Shown piece after piece: positions 7,414 to 12,772 of a DNA stretch of 12,772 nt. Numbering within the stretch: position 1 is the first letter of the stretch; every line of letters begins with the position of its first letter. The position numbers and the translations under genes were made by a program. The notes beneath the pieces were generated by a model. That model did not search any database and was not told where the DNA came from. It worked only from the letters and a program-made list of their open reading frames with translations. Location of the stretch: positions 1-12,772 of the forward strand of contig JBHLKM010000036.1 in assembly GCA_048886685.1 (NCBI GenBank), given 5' to 3'. This DNA is from Candidatus Hodarchaeota archaeon (GTDB taxonomy: Archaea; Asgardarchaeota; Lokiarchaeia; Sigyniarchaeales; SOKP01).

Positions 7414-8178
7414 CTAAAATATTTTAGGGAAGATTTTTTTACTATTTTCATAGATTTGATTTTCCAAATCATCAGGGGTAATATCCTTTAATTTTGAAAT
7501 TGTATTTAAAACATCTCTAATCATTGTGGGAGTTCCATCTTTTCCCGAATATTTAACAGGGCCATCACTTTCAAGCAAAAGATGTTCTTCATCAACTTTT
7601 AACACTGTTTTTTTCACTGCTGGAGAATAACTAATTGCTGGAGTAATTGAAAAAAAGTATCCTCTATCTATCCCTAGATTTAAAAATTCTTCTGGCCCTG
7701 AATACCAATGAATATTAACATTAGGTATATTAAATGAAGGGAGCATATCAAATACTAATTTTTCAGCTCCCTTTGTATGGAGATTAACAGGTAATTCTAA
7801 ATCTTGCGCTAACAATAACATTTTTTCAAAAATATTTGTTTGAAGTGGGTATAAATCCTCTTCTTTTATGAAGTGATGATCTAATCCTATTTCGCCAATA
7901 GCACAAATCTTCTCTTTGTTTTCTTTAATTGTTTTAATAACAGAATCTAGTTGATTTTCAATATGTCTATTCATTCTTACTTCTTCAGGGTGAATGCCTA
8001 AAGCAGGGTAAATTTCTTTGTGTCTATCTGATATTTCTAATATTCTTTCAATACTAATAGCACTCATTCCAACAGCAATAATCTTTTCTACTCCTACAAT
8101 TTTAGCTTCCTTTATGACTTGATCTAAAGTTAAATAAAGATTTGCATGACAGTGGATATCAATTAGAATGTTTAACAC
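7414..8178 (-). CDS. tatD: TatD-family metal-dependent DNase/hydrolase
   Basis: DIHCH, GIHP, IGEIGLD, LH, IHWYSG and LLESDGP motifs. The start is uncertain (GTG 8178 or ATT 8169). Confidence 0.95.
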   Translation of the reverse strand: MLNILIDIHCHANLYLTLDQVIKEAKIVGVEKIIAVGMSAISIERILEISDRHKEIYPALGIHPEEVRMNRHIENQLDSVIKTIKENKEKICAIGEIGLDHHFIKEEDLYPLQTNIFEKMLLLAQDLELPVNLHTKGAEKLVFDMLPSFNIPNVNIHWYSGPEEFLNLGIDRGYFFSITPAISYSPAVKKTVLKVDEEHLLLESDGPVKYSGKDGTPTMIRDVLNTISKLKDITPDDLENQIYENSKKIFPKIF

Positions 8179-8218
8179 CTCTAAAAAAATAATATAAACA
8201 GTTAAAAAATTTAAAAAT

Positions 8219-8557
8219 TTAAATGGAATTAATCTGTTCCCGAACCAGAGCGATTTTTTTTACTAATTCAAACTTCTTTCTACGATTATAATCAGAGAAG
8301 TCTAAGTGTTCTTGAAGTGTTTCTAACTCCTTTAATAGATAATTTTTAAGATCTGCTTTAGAGAAATGTCCAATATGTTCAGGAAGGGGTTCAATTTTAG
8401 CTGCTCTTTTTATTCTTAAATCAGAGATAGCTTTTGCTAGTTGAGCTTGAAACCCTCTAGCCTTGTTTGGATCGATATCTCCTAACGTGTCAAGAGAAAT
8501 TGTTAAACCATCAATAAATGCTTCTAAATCTTCTATATCAACTGTATCATTAGGCAT
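8219..8557 (-). CDS. Hypothetical all-helical protein (112 aa)
   Basis: ATG-TAA ORF with protein-like amphipathic composition, co-oriented with its neighbours. No family recognised. Confidence 0.8.
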   Translation of the reverse strand: MPNDTVDIEDLEAFIDGLTISLDTLGDIDPNKARGFQAQLAKAISDLRIKRAAKIEPLPEHIGHFSKADLKNYLLKELETLQEHLDFSDYNRRKKFELVKKIALVREQINSI

Positions 8558-8667
8558 TTAACAACTTAGAAATTCTAAATGTCTTTTTTTATAAATTATA
8601 GAAGGAACTTTTGATATTTATTGTTGTTTATTCTACTTTAACCTAAATGTAAATCGCCGAATTTCAT

Positions 8668-9297
8668 CTAATTTTCTCTTTTCTTTTTTCTTAACTTTGG
8701 AATTAACATTGGCACAAATTTTTTATAATCTTCATATTCCTTACCGAATTCTCTTATTAACTCTTTTTCTTCTTTCCATGACATTAGATAAATCAAAAGA
8801 ATAATTAGAGGTGTAGTTATCAGAGAATAGAAAGCAGAAAGCAGAAAAGATAAGCCAACATGGGCAAGGATTGCTCCAAAATATTGTGGATGTCTTATCT
8901 TTGAATAAATCCCTGTATCAATAACTTTCACAGGATTATGTGTTTCTGCGACCTTCAAAGTTATTTCTTTTACACCCACAATTCCAAACCAAGCACCTAA
9001 CAAGATCATCGGTACTGAAATAATGAAGTGGAAAATAGAAATTGACGAATTAATAATAGGGATAGACATCAAAATTTCCTGTAGGAATGGAATTCTAAAT
9101 TTAGGTTGAGGAGAAAGCCAGATACCAAAAAGAAATATAAAGAAACCCCATCCTGAAATATATCCAAAAATCTTAGTAATTTTAATTCCTTTCTCTTTCC
9201 CGAATTTCTCTTGGAATTTTAAATGATTCACTGACAAAAAATATATAGGCATAATAGAGATAACTCCTAAAATCCATACAAAAAAACAAATATACAT
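8668..9297 (-). CDS. Isoprenylcysteine carboxyl methyltransferase (ICMT)/PEMT-family membrane methyltransferase
   Basis: TGIYSKIRHPQYFG and EEKELIREFGKEYEDYKKFVPMLIP match the family motifs GxYxxxRHPxY and EExxLxxxFGxxYxxY. N-terminal TM helices are present. Confidence 0.9.
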   Translation of the reverse strand: MYICFFVWILGVISIMPIYFLSVNHLKFQEKFGKEKGIKITKIFGYISGWGFFIFLFGIWLSPQPKFRIPFLQEILMSIPIINSSISIFHFIISVPMILLGAWFGIVGVKEITLKVAETHNPVKVIDTGIYSKIRHPQYFGAILAHVGLSFLLSAFYSLITTPLIILLIYLMSWKEEKELIREFGKEYEDYKKFVPMLIPKLRKKKREN

Positions 9298-9403
9298 AAG
9301 ATAAGATTCTAGCTAATTTATTCAATATATTACTAAGTTATTACGAAATGCATTTAACAGATTTACTATTTTATATTTGATTAAATAAAATCAGATTATT
9401 TTT

Positions 9404-9425
9404 AGCAATTAATGTAATAATTGCT
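9404..9425. promoter_or_regulatory. Perfect inverted repeat AGCAATTA-N6-TAATTGCT, candidate transcription-factor site in a divergent promoter
   Basis: Arms at 9404-9411 and 9418-9425, directly followed by TATA-like TATAATTATATTTAAAA. Confidence 0.45.
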
Positions 9426-9484
9426 TATAATTATATTTAAAACTCCTTAATGACTTAATTTAATGTAATTTATACTAACTCAAG

Positions 9485-11401
9485 GTGAATATATTGCATA
9501 TTAGTTCAGAAGAGGGTCTCTCTGACTTATTGAAAGAGTATAAAAAGAAGCAAGTAAGTGTTGAAGATGCAATTAAAAAATTCATTAAGCCAGGAAATCG
9601 AATTTTTATCGATTCAGGGTGCGCGGAACCCATAGATCTTACAAAAAAATTGATTGAGTTTGGATTAAAGCTTCCTGATGTGGAAATTTTACATTTCCTT
9701 AGTCTTAGTGATCTTGATTATTATGAAACTGTAGGTGAGATAGAAGATCTATTTAGACATAATGCTTTATTCATTGGAAAATCGCTTCGCAAATATATAA
9801 AAGCGGGACAAGCAGATTATACTCCTATGCTTCTTTCAGAAATTCCAAAGTTATTTAAATCAGGTAAGATGCATTTAGATACAGCACTAATCCAAGTTAG
9901 TCCACCAGATAAATATGGTTTCTGTAGTTTTGGTATAAATGTAGATATTGTTAAAGCTATTGCAGAGGTGGTGAATTATGTAGTTGCTGAGATTAATCCA
10001 AAAATGCCTCGTACATTAGGTGATTCTTTTATTCACATAGATGAGATTGATGCTTTTATTATTTCAAATCATGACATAATTGAATATAATTATGGGGAAC
10101 CTGATAAAACAGCGAAGGATATTGCTAAATTTGTTGCATCCTTAATAGAAAACGAATCAACGATTCAAATGGGTATAGGAGTAATTCCTAACGCAGTTAC
10201 AACCGAACTTAAGCGAAAAAAGGATTTAGGTGTTCATAGTGAAGTATTTTCAGATGGAATCGTCGATCTTGTTGAAGAAGGGATTGTAACCTGTAAAAAA
10301 AAGACGTTACATAAAGATAAAATTATTTGCTCTTTTGTTATGGGTTCAAAAAGGCTTTATGATTTTGTTCATGATAATCCTATGGTTGAATTTCACCCAA
10401 GTGATTATACAAATGATCCTTATATTATTAGTCAAAATAAAAGACAAGTTGCGATAAATGCAGCACTTTCAGTTGATCTAACAGGACAAGTGAACTCGGA
10501 TTCTATCGGACACAAATTTTTTAGTGGAATTGGGGGTCAAGTTGATTTTGTTCGAGGTGCTGCTCGCGCAAAATATGGGAAACCAATAATGGTAATCCCT
10601 TCGACGGCAACATTAAAAGATGGAACTGTAGTTTCTCGGATTGTGCCTTACCTTCAACCAGGATCGGGAGTAGTAATTACAAGAGGGGATGTTCATTACA
10701 TTGTTTCTGAATGGGGAATTGCATACTTATATGGAAAATCTATTCGTGAAAGAGTTCTCCAGATGATCAATATTGCCCACCCTGATTTCAGAGAAGAACT
10801 TCTAGAACAAGCAAAAAAATGGAATTATACTTATTCTGATCAAAAATTACCTGTTTCTATCGAGGGCAGAATTTCAATATATCCACAAAAATATGAGACT
10901 ACGCTTGAATTGAAAAATGGGAGAAAAATTAATATCCGTCCGGTAAAACCCACTGATGAAAGGATGATACAGGAATTACATTATTCTCTTGATGATAAAG
11001 ATAGGTACTTAAGATTCTTTACTCCAATGAAAGATTTTCGTCATAAAAAGATTGCACCGATGGTGAATATTGATTACTCCACAGATATGATATTAGTTGG
11101 TGTGAATAGTGAGAATGGACAAGAGAGAATTGTGGCAATGGGCGGTTTTTTTAAAACATCGCAACCTTCTTTAGGGGAATTATTATTTGTTGTTCATAGA
11201 AATTGGCGAGGATTAAGTTTGACAAAATTTTTATTGCATTATCTTGTTCAAATAGGTAGGGAACTTAATTACAAAAATTTTAGTGGTTCCATATTGCTTG
11301 AAAATAAGGCTATGCTTCATATCATCAACAACTCGGGATATAAAATAAATTTCAAGAGAATTGAGGGTGGTGTAACTGAATTTATTTTTGGTATTTCATA
11401 A
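9485..11401 (+). CDS. Acetyl-CoA hydrolase/CoA-transferase (4-hydroxybutyrate CoA-transferase-like) fused to a C-terminal GNAT acetyltransferase domain
   Basis: QVSPPDKYGFCSFG, QMGIGVIP, catalytic GVHSE, SGIGGQVDF, IVSEWGIAYL and IAHPDFRE motifs. The GNAT part runs from IRPVKPTD...YLRFF through LLENKAML. The true start may be TTG 9494, with GGTGA at 9484-9488 as the RBS. Confidence 0.93.
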   Translation: MNILHISSEEGLSDLLKEYKKKQVSVEDAIKKFIKPGNRIFIDSGCAEPIDLTKKLIEFGLKLPDVEILHFLSLSDLDYYETVGEIEDLFRHNALFIGKSLRKYIKAGQADYTPMLLSEIPKLFKSGKMHLDTALIQVSPPDKYGFCSFGINVDIVKAIAEVVNYVVAEINPKMPRTLGDSFIHIDEIDAFIISNHDIIEYNYGEPDKTAKDIAKFVASLIENESTIQMGIGVIPNAVTTELKRKKDLGVHSEVFSDGIVDLVEEGIVTCKKKTLHKDKIICSFVMGSKRLYDFVHDNPMVEFHPSDYTNDPYIISQNKRQVAINAALSVDLTGQVNSDSIGHKFFSGIGGQVDFVRGAARAKYGKPIMVIPSTATLKDGTVVSRIVPYLQPGSGVVITRGDVHYIVSEWGIAYLYGKSIRERVLQMINIAHPDFREELLEQAKKWNYTYSDQKLPVSIEGRISIYPQKYETTLELKNGRKINIRPVKPTDERMIQELHYSLDDKDRYLRFFTPMKDFRHKKIAPMVNIDYSTDMILVGVNSENGQERIVAMGGFFKTSQPSLGELLFVVHRNWRGLSLTKFLLHYLVQIGRELNYKNFSGSILLENKAMLHIINNSGYKINFKRIEGGVTEFIFGIS

Positions 11402-11458
11402 TAATGCCTGATACATTTTAACATCTAAAAAATTAATTCGATAAATTTATGGTGAATT

Positions 11459-12322
11459 ATGATACTTATTTCAGAATTCCATAGATTATATAAATCTGAT
11501 GGTCTTTCAATAGAAGTAATTAAACAATTCCGAAGTATAATTTATAATTATTTTAAACAGAAAGGTAGAAATTTTCCTTTTAGGAAAAATATTACTCCTT
11601 ATAATGTTTTAGTATCAGAAATTATGTTACAACAAACCCAAACAGGAAGGGTTGCAGAAAAATTTTTGAACTTTATTGAGAAATTCCCTAATTTTAATAT
11701 ATTATCAGAAGCTCCTCTTGAAGAAGTGCTTAAAACTTGGCAAGGATTAGGTTATAACAGAAGAGCAATAGCTTTAAAGAAAATAGCGGAGATTGTAATT
11801 GATAATTACCATGGTGAATTACCTGATTCAGTAGAGAAGTTAAAAAAATTTCCACAAATCGGACACAATACAGCATCTTCAATTATTTCATTTGCATTTA
11901 ATAAGCCAACTATATTCATTGAAACTAATATACGAAGAGTGTATATCTACTTTTTTTTTCCAGGCAGAAATAACATAACAGATAAAGAGATTAACCCGAT
12001 ATTAAAAAAAACTATAGATACTACCAATCCCCGAAAATGGTATTATGCTTTAATGGATTATGGAGTTATGCTCAAAAAAAAATATCCAGATTTAAATAAA
12101 CGGAGTGCTCATTATCGTAAACAAACACCCTTTAAAGGATCTAATAGGCAAATTAGAGGAGAAATTTTAAGTATTCTTATAAAAAATAAAACTCTAAAGA
12201 TATCTGATCTAAGGGAAAAGTTAAAGGAGGTAAATAATGAAAAGCTATTGACAATCATTAATCAACTAGAAATAGAGGGTTTTATTGAAACAGAGGAAGA
12301 TGTTGTCCAGCTTATTAAGTAA
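11459..12322 (+). CDS. mutY: MutY-like HhH-GPD DNA glycosylase lacking the [4Fe-4S] motif
   Basis: PYNVLVSEIMLQQTQ, WQGLGYNRRA, HhH motif FPQIGHNTA, ETNIRRV and ALMDYG. GGTGA RBS at 11451-11455. Confidence 0.88.
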   Translation: MILISEFHRLYKSDGLSIEVIKQFRSIIYNYFKQKGRNFPFRKNITPYNVLVSEIMLQQTQTGRVAEKFLNFIEKFPNFNILSEAPLEEVLKTWQGLGYNRRAIALKKIAEIVIDNYHGELPDSVEKLKKFPQIGHNTASSIISFAFNKPTIFIETNIRRVYIYFFFPGRNNITDKEINPILKKTIDTTNPRKWYYALMDYGVMLKKKYPDLNKRSAHYRKQTPFKGSNRQIRGEILSILIKNKTLKISDLREKLKEVNNEKLLTIINQLEIEGFIETEEDVVQLIK

Positions 12323-12328
12323 AAAAGA

Positions 12329-12772
12329 TTATTTTGTCTTTTTCAAGTAGTCAACTATTTTCATAGCAAATTTCTCTTGCTCTTTCCAATTCCCAAAAGC
12401 CTCTCCTTTTGAGATTAGGCTTTTAATTTCTTTTTTATACATCCCATTAATCCTTTTAACAGGTTCTCCAGAAAAAGGAGTTTGAGGTAAAGGAATAAAA
12501 GAGTGAGCATGAATTCTTGCCCCTTTTTCTGACAACTCTTTCATCATTTTAACTGTGAGTTTAACATCTTCATCTTGCTCTCCAGGCAACCCAAAAATAA
12601 AATCCACATTAATTTTAAGACGGTTTTTTAATGTTAATTCTACCGCATTATAGATATCTTCGATAGTATGACCTCGATGACATAAGTCTAGGATCTTTTG
12701 GCTACCTGATTGTGCTCCAATAGTGATATTGTCATTATTCCCATATTTTAAAACCAAATTTAATGTCTCTTG
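12329..12772 (-). CDS. Radical SAM protein, C-terminal part (probably B12-binding/radical SAM, MJ1487/TIGR04013-like), 5'-truncated by the window edge
   Basis: IGAQSGSQKIL...RGHT, VDFIFGLPGE and HAHSFIPLPQTPF motifs. The frame stays open to 12772 (QETLNLVLKYG), so the real start lies outside the window. Confidence 0.85.
   Translation of the reverse strand, partial: QETLNLVLKYGNNDNITIGAQSGSQKILDLCHRGHTIEDIYNAVELTLKNRLKINVDFIFGLPGEQDEDVKLTVKMMKELSEKGARIHAHSFIPLPQTPFSGEPVKRINGMYKKEIKSLISKGEAFGNWKEQEKFAMKIVDYLKKTK

Noticed and set aside
8829-8847. AGAAAGC tandem repeat (about 2.7 copies) in the ICMT-like gene
   Set aside because: Short, inside an intact reading frame encoding a TM helix, with no sign of phase variation.
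1-12772. Selenoprotein or stop-codon readthrough, CRISPR array, IS element or provirus
   Set aside because: The recognised genes appear complete and end in TAA or TAG with no in-frame TGA needed. No repeat-spacer pattern, transposase, integrase or terminal inverted repeats were seen.

Overview
AT-rich, gene-dense chromosomal window with no RNA genes, CRISPR array or mobile element that I can see. The archaeal-type thymidylate synthase, SAMP/MoaD-like protein, MptN/RimK-like ligase, GGTGA/GAGGTG ribosome-binding motifs and oligo-T tracts point to an archaeon. The low GC and gene style suggest Asgard/Lokiarchaeia, which is an inference. Gene order: coiled-coil hypothetical (-), RimK-family ATP-grasp ligase (+), small membrane protein (-), small helical protein (+), Maf (-), two tandem CTP-dependent polyprenol/dolichol/DAG kinase-family membrane proteins (+,+), ubiquitin-like beta-grasp protein ending GG (-), 58-aa Lys/Gly/Ala-rich amphipathic protein with acidic tail (-), ThyA with a large insertion (+), TatD (-), helical hypothetical (-), ICMT/PEMT-family methyltransferase (-), CoA-transferase-GNAT fusion (+), cysteine-free MutY-like glycosylase (+), and the 3' part of a radical SAM gene (-). 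Frequent strand switches argue against one operon, so I cannot demonstrate a single new system. The best leads are the tandem lipid-kinase pair, the synuclein/cecropin-like microprotein, and several enzymes with altered active-site signatures (MutY, Maf, ThyA).
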